Positions 28,064 to 37,321 of a stretch of 64,000 bases of DNA are shown piece after piece; position 1 is the first letter of the stretch, and each line of letters opens with the position of its first letter. A model generated the notes under the pieces. It ran no database searches, was not told the DNA's origin, and was given only the letters and a program-made list of their open reading frames with translations. The translations under genes were made by a program, and so were the position numbers. Location: positions 37,750 through 101,749 of the forward strand of contig JBBSSH010000003.1 in NCBI GenBank assembly GCA_038242265.1. The letters run 5' to 3'. This DNA is from Propionibacteriales bacterium (lineage in GTDB: Bacteria; Actinomycetota; Actinomycetes; Propionibacteriales; Nocardioidaceae).

Positions 28064-29583
28064 CAGTGGCCTGCCTCGTTGATGGTGTTGAGGATGTTGA
28101 CGTCTCGAAAGAGCGAGGTCGGACAACCGTGGCTGACAGCCGCGACCTGTCCGGGCTGCGCCTTTCCACAATTGAAGGCGCCCCCCAGGACCCACGTCTG
28201 GGGGCCGCCCACTGCTTCGAGGGAGTTCCAGAAGTCGGTCGTCGTGGCCTGGTAGGCCACATCTCGGACCATCCCGGCGAGACGCCCGTTCTCGATGCGG
28301 TAGAAACGCTGGCCGGTGAACTGGAAGTTGAACCGTTGCATGTCGATCGACCACGATTTGTCGCCCACCACATAGATGCCGCGCTCGACACGCGAGATCA
28401 GGTCTTCGGTCGACGGGCCGTCTTCGGCGGGCATGAGGGAGACATTGGCCATCCGCTGGATCGGAATGTGCCCCGACGAATCAGCGTAGGCGCACCCGTT
28501 GGAGCGACCGTCGTTGAGCTCCGGCTTGAGATGACCCATGGATCGGTCGAGCTGGTAGCCGACCAGGACTCCGTCGCGGATGATGTCCCACGACTGGGTC
28601 TCCACTCCTTCGTCGTCGTAGCCGACGGTCGACAGGCCGTGCTCCTGCGTGCGGTCACCCTGCACATTCATGATCCGCGAGCCGTATTGCAGGGTGCCGT
28701 ACTTGTCATAGGTCGCGAACGACGTACCGGCGTAGTTGGCTTCATAACCCAGGGCACGGTCGAGTTCGGTGGCATGGCCGATGGACTCGTGGATCGTGAG
28801 CCACAGGTTCGAGGGATGGACGACAAGGTCATAGATGCCGGCTTCGACACTCGGCGCGGCGAGCTTCTCGGCAAGGAGGTCAGGAACCTCAGCCAGTTCG
28901 GCGTCCCAGTCCCAATGGGATCCGGTGAGGTACTCCCAGCCACGGCCGACGGGAGGAGCGATCGAGGCCATGGAATCGAAGATGCCAGTGGTCTCGTCTG
29001 CCCCGGTCGCCTCGAAGCCCGGCTGCAGACGGACCCGCTGCTGCGTCGTACGGGTGCCGGCCAGATCTGCGTAGTACTTGTTCTCCTGGACCTGCTGCAG
29101 GAAGGACGTCGCGTGCGCGACTGCAGGTGCCTGTTGCAGGCGCTGGGTCCACTCGACAAGGAGTGCTGCCTTGTCCTTGGTCGGCACATCGAGCGGATTG
29201 ATCTGATAGCGCGAGACCCACGAGACATCGTCATGGACCGGCTCAGGAGCCAGTTCGACCGGTGTCGTGGTCATCGCCGCCGCAACCTTGGCCACCGAAA
29301 CCGCAGTTTCTGCCAGTCGGCGTGCTTCGTCGTCGGTGAGCACGACACCCGAGGCGAAACCCCAGGCGCCGCTGTGCACGACCCGAACTGCGAAACCGAG
29401 ATCCTCGGAGTCACTGGCAGTCTGCAGCACCCCGTCACGAGCGCCGAGATACTGATAACGGTTGCGCTCGAATCGGAAGTCGGCGTGGGTGACGCCCAGT
29501 TCTTGGGCCCGAGCCAACGCGACGTCTCCGAGGCGGCGGTGAGGCAGTTCGCTGAAGGTGGGGTCGACCCCGGACGCACTCAT
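28063..29583 (-). CDS. tldD: TldD family metallopeptidase
   Basis: HESIGHATELDR (HExxxH), IQRMAN, NCGKAQP Cys ligand. Confidence 0.93.
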   Translation of the reverse strand: MSASGVDPTFSELPHRRLGDVALARAQELGVTHADFRFERNRYQYLGARDGVLQTASDSEDLGFAVRVVHSGAWGFASGVVLTDDEARRLAETAVSVAKVAAAMTTTPVELAPEPVHDDVSWVSRYQINPLDVPTKDKAALLVEWTQRLQQAPAVAHATSFLQQVQENKYYADLAGTRTTQQRVRLQPGFEATGADETTGIFDSMASIAPPVGRGWEYLTGSHWDWDAELAEVPDLLAEKLAAPSVEAGIYDLVVHPSNLWLTIHESIGHATELDRALGYEANYAGTSFATYDKYGTLQYGSRIMNVQGDRTQEHGLSTVGYDDEGVETQSWDIIRDGVLVGYQLDRSMGHLKPELNDGRSNGCAYADSSGHIPIQRMANVSLMPAEDGPSTEDLISRVERGIYVVGDKSWSIDMQRFNFQFTGQRFYRIENGRLAGMVRDVAYQATTTDFWNSLEAVGGPQTWVLGGAFNCGKAQPGQVAAVSHGCPTSLFRDVNILNTINEAGH

Positions 29584-29592
29584 GCAGGGAAC

Positions 29593-32500
29593 CTATCCGA
29601 GGCGCACACTCGTCCGTGACCCGTGGCGCGATTTGTGCACGCGCAACTGGGTCGGGATGCGGGTCTGAAGTTCTGGTACGTGGCTGACCACCCCCACCAC
29701 CCGACCCCCGTCACGCAACGTGTCGAGGGTATCCATCACGTCTTCGAGGGTGTCCGCATCCAGAGCGCCGAAGCCCTCATCCACGAAGAGGGTGTCCAGA
29801 TCGGCACCGCCGGCCTCTTGCGTGATCACATCTGCGAGCCCGAGGGCAAGGGCGAGGGACACCACGAAGGTTTCACCACCGGAGAGAGTCGCGGGATCCC
29901 GGCTCTCGCCGGACCATTCGTCGCGGACCAGCAGGCTCAGCCCACCGCGTGTTTCGCCTGCGCCGCGCTGACCGGTGTGGACGAGGGAGTAGCGCTGGTC
30001 GCTCATTGCGCAGAGCCGCAGGTTGGCCGCCTGGACGACCTGGCTGAGGCGATGGGCCAGGACATAGGCAGAGAGGCGCATCTGGAGATGATTGTCAGGG
30101 TGTTTTCCCTCGACGAAAGCTGCCAGATCGGTCACCACGCCCAGATCGTGTAGGACTGGCGCCCAGCTCTCCAGCGCCTCGTGGAGTTGTGTGGACAGTC
30201 CTTCGAGGCGCCCCAGTCTCTCCACGAGTCCGTCGCGTGCGCGTGCGGCGAAGCCAGCCTCGCCGTGCGCAGCATCCTGCTCGAGAGCCAGACGGGCCAG
30301 ATCTGGGGCAGGGGCAGCGACAGCCCGAGAGATCTCGGGGTCAGCCAATGTGTCGCGGACCCTCGCAACAGCCTGCTCATGCTGCTGGACCTCCAACTGG
30401 ATCGCACCCGTTTCTGCCGCGTCGAGCCAGGCGTCGTCCGCTTCGCCGGCGGACGCGAATCCCGCCTCGCACGCTGCCTCGTCTGCACGCTTCAGCGCCG
30501 CTCGCGAAGTGTCCTGCGAGCGGCGGAGGTCGGCGGAGGCCCGCAGGTGGCCTGCCGCAGCCTCCTCGATCCGCTGGGAGTTGAGGGCGAGCATGTCTGG
30601 ATCGTCGTGACCGTCGTCGCCCAGAACGGCTGCAATGTCCTTGCGCAAGGTCTCGATCCTGGTGGCGAGCACGGCCAGCGACGTCGCACAGTGCGCGAGC
30701 GCCTCGGCGAGCGTGTCACTCTCATCGAGCAGTTGGGCCTGCTCCTGCGCCAGCGCTGCCAACCGTTGTGCTCCTCGCTCGGCCACGAGAACATCGTCAC
30801 GTGCGGTCCTGAGTGCGGATGTCGCGTGATCGACTTCGAGGGTCAACTGCTCGGGGGAGCTCCCAGCGGTGGATTCGGCCACCGCAAGCTCCGCCTCGAG
30901 CCCACGCACCTGTTGGGTGTGTGCCTCGACCATCACTTCGAGATCATCGACGCTCTTGCGAGCCTCTCGTTCGCTCGTGTCGTCAACGGCTCCTGGGGAC
31001 GTCGACGCGAGGGCCGGGTGCTCCTGGGACCCACACACCGGGCAGCAGCAGCCGACCGCGAGCCGGCCGGCGATCTCGGCTGCCATCCCGTCCAGACGCA
31101 TTTCGCGGATCTCCACCAGTTGCTCTCTCGCCACCAGACGCAGCGCAGCGGACTCTCGGAGCGACTCTTGCGCCTTCTCCAGCGTGAGGGAGAGCGACTC
31201 GGCGTGCCGTGCGGTCTCCAGTCGAGCGGTCCAGCCCGCGAGCGCGACTTCCAGATTCGCTGCTTCGCTCAGGGCCTGCTCCGCGTCATGTCGGTGGTCG
31301 GCGACGAGCGACAGTTCGTCGCGGACCCGAACCAAGCGTGCGGTCACGCCCGCGAGTCGAGCCCGGCACGCCTCAGCAGGAAGCAGTTCTGCGGATTGTT
31401 CGCGCTCCAGATCCGCGAACTGCGCTTGGAGCGGTCGCACGCGGGTGATCTCGGACAACAGCCGAGCAGCCTCGCGTCGCTGACCCTCGACCCACTTCTC
31501 GTCATCGAGTGTGTGCTCGCCCGCGGCTGTGCCACCGAGGAGTTCCGACAGAGCCTGGCGGTGATCGCTCGCGACCTGCCCCGACTCGAGTTCGGCCTGG
31601 GCTGCATTCCTGAAGACCTCGTGCAGCGGACGCACCCCCGTTGCCCGACGAGCATTCAGCAGTCGTGCGGTGTTGGCACGGTGACGGGGACCGGCATCCT
31701 CCAGCGTGCTGAGGCAGCGCTGCGCCTCGGCGTACGCCTCCTGCTGCTGTGTGCACTCGAGCCCGGCCTTGACCGCGGCATCGGCCTCGCGCTCCACCGC
31801 GTGTGTCTGCTCGACTCGCACCATCGAGTCGGCATGCTGCTCCGCTGTCGTGGACGTCAAGTCACCGACCCACCGGGGGAGGTCGAGGGGGGCGCAATCC
31901 CACTCATGCGGAGCAGCGCTTGCGGTGACCTCGCTGATGCGGCTCACCAGGTCTGCCACGGTCGAGTGGTGTGACTGCGAGGCGCGGCGCAGATCGACGC
32001 GACGATCACGCAACCAACGCTCGACCTGATCGAACCGACCCGTCTGGAACACCTGTTGCAGCAAGGCGTGCCGTTCTTGGGAGGTCGACCGCAAGAAATC
32101 CTGAAACCTGCCTTGAGGCAGCATCGCCACTTGGCAGAACTGCGAGAGATTCATGCCGAGAAGCCGGGTCACGAGATGGCCCGTCTCATCCAGTCGGGTG
32201 GAGAGAGGGAGCCACTGGGCCGTGCCATCGCTCGACGTCAGCCGTTCGGAGATGACGACGCGCGCCTGCTCGGGAGTGAGCCCAGTGCCCCGCTTCTTCG
32301 GTCGCTGCCACGAGGGCGACCGGTCGAGACGGAAGCGACGACCCGAGAGAGTGGCTTCCAACACCACACGCGGTACCACGTCAGCGCTGGCGTGATCGCT
32401 GCGCAGCCGCTTGGCCGCCGAGCGATCACCGGGCACGTCCCCATAGAGGGCGAAGCAGACGGCGTCGAGAATGCTCGACTTGCCCGCACCGGTCGGACCA

Positions 32501-32601
32501 CTGAGCAGGAACAGACCGGCCTCGCTCAACGCATCGAAATCGATGGCGACGGTCTCGGGAAAGGGTCCGAAGCCGGTGATCTCAAGGTGATGGAGCCTCA
32601 T
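29593..32601 (-). CDS. sbcC: SbcC/Rad50-type ATPase
   Basis: Walker A SGPTGAGKS, zinc hook CPVCGS, LSGGE signature, Walker B LFVDEGFGALD, long coiled coils. Confidence 0.95.
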   Translation of the reverse strand: MRLHHLEITGFGPFPETVAIDFDALSEAGLFLLSGPTGAGKSSILDAVCFALYGDVPGDRSAAKRLRSDHASADVVPRVVLEATLSGRRFRLDRSPSWQRPKKRGTGLTPEQARVVISERLTSSDGTAQWLPLSTRLDETGHLVTRLLGMNLSQFCQVAMLPQGRFQDFLRSTSQERHALLQQVFQTGRFDQVERWLRDRRVDLRRASQSHHSTVADLVSRISEVTASAAPHEWDCAPLDLPRWVGDLTSTTAEQHADSMVRVEQTHAVEREADAAVKAGLECTQQQEAYAEAQRCLSTLEDAGPRHRANTARLLNARRATGVRPLHEVFRNAAQAELESGQVASDHRQALSELLGGTAAGEHTLDDEKWVEGQRREAARLLSEITRVRPLQAQFADLEREQSAELLPAEACRARLAGVTARLVRVRDELSLVADHRHDAEQALSEAANLEVALAGWTARLETARHAESLSLTLEKAQESLRESAALRLVAREQLVEIREMRLDGMAAEIAGRLAVGCCCPVCGSQEHPALASTSPGAVDDTSEREARKSVDDLEVMVEAHTQQVRGLEAELAVAESTAGSSPEQLTLEVDHATSALRTARDDVLVAERGAQRLAALAQEQAQLLDESDTLAEALAHCATSLAVLATRIETLRKDIAAVLGDDGHDDPDMLALNSQRIEEAAAGHLRASADLRRSQDTSRAALKRADEAACEAGFASAGEADDAWLDAAETGAIQLEVQQHEQAVARVRDTLADPEISRAVAAPAPDLARLALEQDAAHGEAGFAARARDGLVERLGRLEGLSTQLHEALESWAPVLHDLGVVTDLAAFVEGKHPDNHLQMRLSAYVLAHRLSQVVQAANLRLCAMSDQRYSLVHTGQRGAGETRGGLSLLVRDEWSGESRDPATLSGGETFVVSLALALGLADVITQEAGGADLDTLFVDEGFGALDADTLEDVMDTLDTLRDGGRVVGVVSHVPELQTRIPTQLRVHKSRHGSRTSVRLG

Positions 32602-33761
32602 GACGACTCCCCGATCAAGACATCTTGGTCAGCGTCATCACAGCAGGCGTCGACAGCCGTGCGGAGCAGAGTCGACTCCGTCAAAGTGGCAGGGACACCG
32701 CGCAGATCGGCGATGAAGTCCAGCGCGATTTCGTGATCGCTCTGACCGCTCTGACGCGCAGCTGGAGCGTGTGCGTCCTGCGGAGCCGTCGGAAACTGCA
32801 GGACCAGGGCGTGTGGAAAACGACGGCGCAACTGTTCCATGGCACGCGCAGGCCGCGGGAGATCGCTGAGCGTGGCCTGCACCCAGTCGTGCTCGTGGAT
32901 GCTCAGGGAGGCGTCGGCGAGAAGTTCATCGAGCGAGCCGCTGAGACGCGCCAAGCGGCGGGGGACCGGAGCATCGATCCAGTGAGCACTGTCCAACCCG
33001 CCGGCTCCGAGTTCCACCAGCCAGCAGCCCTTGACCTGATCGGCCTCGGAGAAGGAGTACGCGAGCGGGGAGCCGCTGTAGCGAAGTGCCGGGGACAGCA
33101 CGTGGGGGCCATGCAGATGACCCAGTGCGGCGTAGTCGATGCCGTCGAAAAGACTCGTCGATACGCGCGAGACTCCACCGACGCTGATGTCCCGCTCGGA
33201 CTCTGATGCATTCGCCCCCGCCACGAAGGCGTGTGCCAGCACGAGCGATCGGATTCGAGGACCGCGGGAGGCCAAGTCTCGACGCACCCGGATCATGGCC
33301 TCGCGCAGGGCGACCTCGTGGCTGCGGTGGCTCAATCCCCACGGCTCGACCAGCGCCGAGGGGTCGAGGTAGGGGATCGCATGGACAGCGACAGTCCCGT
33401 GCGCGTCGTCCAACAGGACGGGTGTGCCGACGGTCGCTGCGTTGGTGCGGACGAAGACCCCTGCGGCGTCCATCAGCCGCGAGCCGAACCCCAGTCGCTG
33501 GGCGCTGTCATGGTTTCCGCTGCTCACCACGACCTTTGCTCGGGAATCGGCCAGCCGCGCAAAGGCATCGTCAGCCAGCCGTACAGCATCGACGTGCGGC
33601 AGGGCACGGTCGTAGACGTCTCCTGAGACCACGACCACGTCGACCTTCTCCGATTCCACGACCTCGAGCAGGTGATCGAGGAAAGCGGCCTGATGCGTCA
33701 GCAGACCCTCACGGTGGAAGGACCTCCCCAGGTGCCAGTCGGAGGTATGAAGAATGCGCAC
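32598..33761 (-). CDS. sbcD: SbcD/Mre11-type nuclease
   Basis: LHTSDWHLG, SGDVYD, SGNHDS, LGHLH, YSGSPL.YSFSE. Confidence 0.96.
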   Translation of the reverse strand: MRILHTSDWHLGRSFHREGLLTHQAAFLDHLLEVVESEKVDVVVVSGDVYDRALPHVDAVRLADDAFARLADSRAKVVVSSGNHDSAQRLGFGSRLMDAAGVFVRTNAATVGTPVLLDDAHGTVAVHAIPYLDPSALVEPWGLSHRSHEVALREAMIRVRRDLASRGPRIRSLVLAHAFVAGANASESERDISVGGVSRVSTSLFDGIDYAALGHLHGPHVLSPALRYSGSPLAYSFSEADQVKGCWLVELGAGGLDSAHWIDAPVPRRLARLSGSLDELLADASLSIHEHDWVQATLSDLPRPARAMEQLRRRFPHALVLQFPTAPQDAHAPAARQSGQSDHEIALDFIADLRGVPATLTESTLLRTAVDACCDDADQDVLIGESS

Positions 33762-33962
33762 AGGACGAACCTAGGCGGGCCTGCCGACACAGGTCCGTAC
33801 CCACGCCGTGACGAGGACAGACGCCCTGCCCCGAGGTGGCCGAGATCACCCTCGCGTCGATGAGGCGAGTCGTTGCGAAAGCGTTACGATGTAAGAGTCG
33901 CAAAGGAGCGATTAGTTCTTACACCACCACGACGGGTTGAGCCCTCGAAAGGACAGATTCTC

Positions 33963-34106
33963 ATGGATCTGCAGTTGCACGTTGCCAACAGTCTCGTTGA
34001 GTCGCGCGCGTTCTCTGTTGAAGACCGTGCACTCCTGCGAGATGTGCAGATTGCCCGCAAGCAGGAGCGCCGCGAACGCCGCGCTGCTCGTCGGCAAGCC
34101 CGCTAG
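33963..34106 (+). CDS. Small hypothetical protein (47 aa, Arg-rich C-terminus)
   Basis: Strong SD GAAAGGA about 10 nt before ATG; fills an intergenic gap in the same direction as the next gene. Confidence 0.55.
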   Translation: MDLQLHVANSLVESRAFSVEDRALLRDVQIARKQERRERRAARRQAR

Positions 34107-34157
34107 AAACAGCACTCGAGCACCCTGTCGGAGTACGCCTCTGACAGGGTGTTTGTC

Positions 34158-34592
34158 ATGACTGAAGAAACACTGCGGAGCATAGACATCACCAAGATCG
34201 GTCCCAGCCGGTTCAAAGCGACCAATGACCGTGGGGGCGAGACCTTCTTCGGCGCTGGGGGAGAGGACCCCGACTTCACCCCGGTCGAGCTGCTGCTGGC
34301 GGCGATCGCAGGGTGCAGCGCCATCGATGTCGAGGCCATTACCCACAAACGCTCCGAGAGCACCGGTTTCACGGTGCGGTCGGAGGGCCACAAGACACGC
34401 GACGAAGACGGCAACCACATGACGGGTCTCCAGATCACCTTCAACGTGACGTTCCCCGACACCGCCGAAGGCGAAGCGGCGCGTGAGCGACTGCCCAGTG
34501 CCATCGCGATGTCCAAGGACCGGCTGTGCACGGTGTCGCGCACCGTTCAGCTAGGAGCCGAAGTCACCTACGACCAGGCAGATGATGCCTGA
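34158..34592 (+). CDS. OsmC family protein
   Basis: DFTPVELLLAAIAGCSAID...SKDRLCTVSRT (two conserved Cys). Confidence 0.88.
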   Translation: MTEETLRSIDITKIGPSRFKATNDRGGETFFGAGGEDPDFTPVELLLAAIAGCSAIDVEAITHKRSESTGFTVRSEGHKTRDEDGNHMTGLQITFNVTFPDTAEGEAARERLPSAIAMSKDRLCTVSRTVQLGAEVTYDQADDA

Positions 34593-34600
34593 TCAGGACT

Positions 34601-34655
34601 GAGGAAGAGGTGGTCGTCCTGGGTTCCGCGCACCCAGGACGACCACCTCTTCCTC
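34601..34655. terminator. Perfect 24-bp inverted repeat between convergent genes (bidirectional terminator-like)
   Basis: GAGGAAGAGGTGGTCGTCCTGGGT-tccgcgc-ACCCAGGACGACCACCTCTTCCTC. Confidence 0.8.
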
Positions 34656-34684
34656 CTCAGCAAAGACCGCGATGAGGTGTTCGA

Positions 34685-35377
34685 TCAGCTCACGGTGACG
34701 CTTTCGATCTGGACCGGCTTGTTGGGGGTCCCTCCGCCTGCGGGGTTGGCGCCGTCGTTCCCCTCCGCAGCGATCGCCTTGAGCACCTTCAGCCCAGCGT
34801 CATCGATGGTGCCGAAAACGGTGTAGCTGGGCGGGAAGTCCGAGTCGTTGAAGACCAGGAAGAACTGTGATCCGTTGGTGTCCGGTCCGCGGTTGGCCAT
34901 CGCGAGGGTCCCTCCCGGATAGGTGTCGTCGTCGCTCAATTCGTCGGCGAAGCCGTAGCCGGGGCCTCCTGCTGAGGTGCCGGTGGGGTCGCCACACTGC
35001 AGGATCCCGAAGCCTGGCTGGTCGCCGATTCGTGGGCACGGGGTGTCGTCGTAGAACCCCTGCTGGGCCAGAGACACGAACGATGCCACCGTGCACGGGG
35101 CCTTGGCGCGGTCCAGGGTGAGACCGATGTCGCCCTGATTGGTCGAGATCGTTGCAGTGACCGTGCCCTCCGACGGCGCTTCGCCGGCCGGCAACTCGAC
35201 CTTGCGCGCAGCCTCCTGACCGCTGTCGGGGTAGTCGCACTTCGCTGTCGCGCCGTTCGCCTCGGTGCTGGACGGATCGGTGCCTTTGTCGGCAGCACCG
35301 TCTTCTTCACTCTGACCGCACCCAGCGAACATCAGGACGGTCAGGCAGGCGACGATGGCCGCGGATCTCTTCAACAT
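34685..35377 (-). CDS. Cyclophilin-type peptidyl-prolyl isomerase lipoprotein
   Basis: Lipobox LMFAG/C, APCTVASF, GILQCGDPTG...GGPGY, LAMANRGPDTNGSQFF. Confidence 0.9.
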   Translation of the reverse strand: MLKRSAAIVACLTVLMFAGCGQSEEDGAADKGTDPSSTEANGATAKCDYPDSGQEAARKVELPAGEAPSEGTVTATISTNQGDIGLTLDRAKAPCTVASFVSLAQQGFYDDTPCPRIGDQPGFGILQCGDPTGTSAGGPGYGFADELSDDDTYPGGTLAMANRGPDTNGSQFFLVFNDSDFPPSYTVFGTIDDAGLKVLKAIAAEGNDGANPAGGGTPNKPVQIESVTVS

Positions 35378-35498
35378 GGCCACGATCGTAACCAGCGAGC
35401 CTTGGCGCGGAGGGACGGGAGCAGGATGGCCATCCGCGACAACCACGATCCTCGTCGATCGCACCGTGCATCGAGGAGCGCTCGACAGGGCCGCTTGT

Positions 35499-36089
35499 TC
35501 ATTCAGCGAGGTCTTCGCCGGGCTCTTCCTGCACGAGCGGCGTCCGAGAGCCGGCCGCCCACTCTTCACGCAGTAGCGACCAGACCTCGAGGTCGAGATA
35601 GCTCTCTCGCACCTTGAAGACCTTGCGCAGAGTGCCCTCGTGCGTGAAGCCAAGTTTGTCGGGAATCGCCCGGCTCGGCTGGTTCACCGGGGAACAGCGC
35701 CACTCCACGCGCCGCATCCCCAGATCGTCAAAGGCATGGTCGAGCATCGCTCGTACTGCTTGGGTGACGATTCCGCGGCCGCGAGCAGTTGCGGTCAGAA
35801 ACACTCCGATCTCGGCTATTCCGGTGCGTGCGTTGATGGTGGGGAAGAGGGTGCCTCCGACCAGCGCGCCGTCGAGCCACAGGCCGAAGAGTCGGCGACT
35901 TCCCTCGCCCCTGCCCTTCGCGAAGCCCTCCAGGAAACTCTTGCAGGCCTCGTAGTTCTCGAAGTGTTCCCACGCAAGCCACTCGTAGAGGTCATGTCCC
36001 TCGCTCTGGAACAGTCCTGAGAACTCCTCCGCGTGCCACGGCTCAAGGTCTCGAAGCTCAGCTTCCCCGACTCGGTGGTGGAGCATCAC
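35499..36089 (-). CDS. GNAT N-acetyltransferase, RimJ/RimL family
   Basis: AEIGVFL...ARGRGIVT, NQPSRAIPDKLGFTHEGTLR. Confidence 0.88.
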   Translation of the reverse strand: MMLHHRVGEAELRDLEPWHAEEFSGLFQSEGHDLYEWLAWEHFENYEACKSFLEGFAKGRGEGSRRLFGLWLDGALVGGTLFPTINARTGIAEIGVFLTATARGRGIVTQAVRAMLDHAFDDLGMRRVEWRCSPVNQPSRAIPDKLGFTHEGTLRKVFKVRESYLDLEVWSLLREEWAAGSRTPLVQEEPGEDLAE

Positions 36090-36397
36090 ATCTCCTCATG
36101 ATTGTCGGGTTCACGGTCGACAAGGCGGCCGCCTCCTGCTGCCGCACGAGGTCTGCGGACTTGGGGTGGGTACCGTGGAAATGTACTGCCTACTTTCTCG
36201 GGGGGATCACTCGATCTCTGTGGTGAGCGAAACGAGGTCCCGGGCGCTCGCGAGCTGGCACCGGGATCGCACGTGCCCGGCTGGGCTCCGGTGAACGTCA
36301 GCGGCGTGGTCCTGCCATCACCTGACCGCTGGTGTCCCACCCCAGCCGAGAAGCACAGGCGGCGTCAGCCCCGATCACCAGCCCAGGAGAAAATGTG

Positions 36398-37066
36398 ATG
36401 ACCAGCCTCAGGATCGCCGTCGTGCTCTACGACGGCATGACCGCTCTGGATGCAGTTGGACCGATGGAGGTCCTGCGCTTCCTGCCTGGGGCGGACCTCG
36501 TGTTCGTGGCGGCGAGCGAAGAACCTGTCATCACCGACTCGGGGTTGGCGCTCGTGCCGACAGCCACATTCGAGCAGGTGCGCGATGCAGATGTCGTGGT
36601 CGTCCCAGGTGGACCCGGCACTGAACAGGCTTTCGAAGGTCCACTGGTGCCGTGGATCAAGGAGATCCACGCCACCACACGGTGGACGACATCGGTCTGT
36701 GCTGGTTCGCTCCTGCTCGCTGCAGCTGGTCTGCTGGTGGATGCGCGGGCAACGACACACTTCTCCGTACGCGATTTCCTTCCTGTCTTTGGCGCCATCC
36801 CTGACGAGCGTCGCGTGGTGGTGGATCACGCGCGACACATCGTCAGCGCTGCTGGAGTTTCAGCCGGGATCGACATGGCGCTCATGTTGGCTGAGCTGCT
36901 CACCGACGCGGACACCTCCGATGCGATTCGATTGGTGATCGAGTACGACCCACAACCGGCAAGGCGCGGAGGCAATGTCACTGACTCCTCGGACCAGGTC
37001 GTAGGTCTGGCCATGCGGCTCGGCAAACCCCATGGGGCCATCCACGCGAACTGGTCACCCGAATAG
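36398..37066 (+). CDS. DJ-1/PfpI family protein (isonitrile hydratase-like)
   Basis: LYDGMTALDAVGP, VVPGG, TSVCAGS nucleophile, SAGVSAGIDMAL, IEYDPQP. Confidence 0.88.
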   Translation: MTSLRIAVVLYDGMTALDAVGPMEVLRFLPGADLVFVAASEEPVITDSGLALVPTATFEQVRDADVVVVPGGPGTEQAFEGPLVPWIKEIHATTRWTTSVCAGSLLLAAAGLLVDARATTHFSVRDFLPVFGAIPDERRVVVDHARHIVSAAGVSAGIDMALMLAELLTDADTSDAIRLVIEYDPQPARRGGNVTDSSDQVVGLAMRLGKPHGAIHANWSPE

Positions 37067-37321
37067 CCGTTCTCGATCGTGGATCCAGAGGTATGGCTGG
37101 TCTGGTCCGCACACTCCCAATCCCCATGCCTCAGCGGTGAAATGGTCAAGGACGACCACAGGGTTCGACCACCTTCCCCGTGGCTGAGTGCTGGCTCTGG
37201 GCAGCGACCTTTCTTCGTCGGATGCTGGCCCCGACCGCCCCATGTTTCTGGGGACCGGTCGTTACGACCGGTCCTTCTGTGGCTGGTCTGGGGTGAACAA
37301 TCAAGTTGATGCAAATGGGGA

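Noticed and set aside
26675-29583. tldD/tldE as part of a RiPP cluster
   Set aside because: No precursor peptide, YcaO or other modifying enzymes nearby; flanked by gcvP and sbcC, so consistent with the housekeeping pair.
28018-31974. Long plus-strand ORFs (28018-29619, 30181-31974)
   Set aside because: Shadows of tldD and sbcC.
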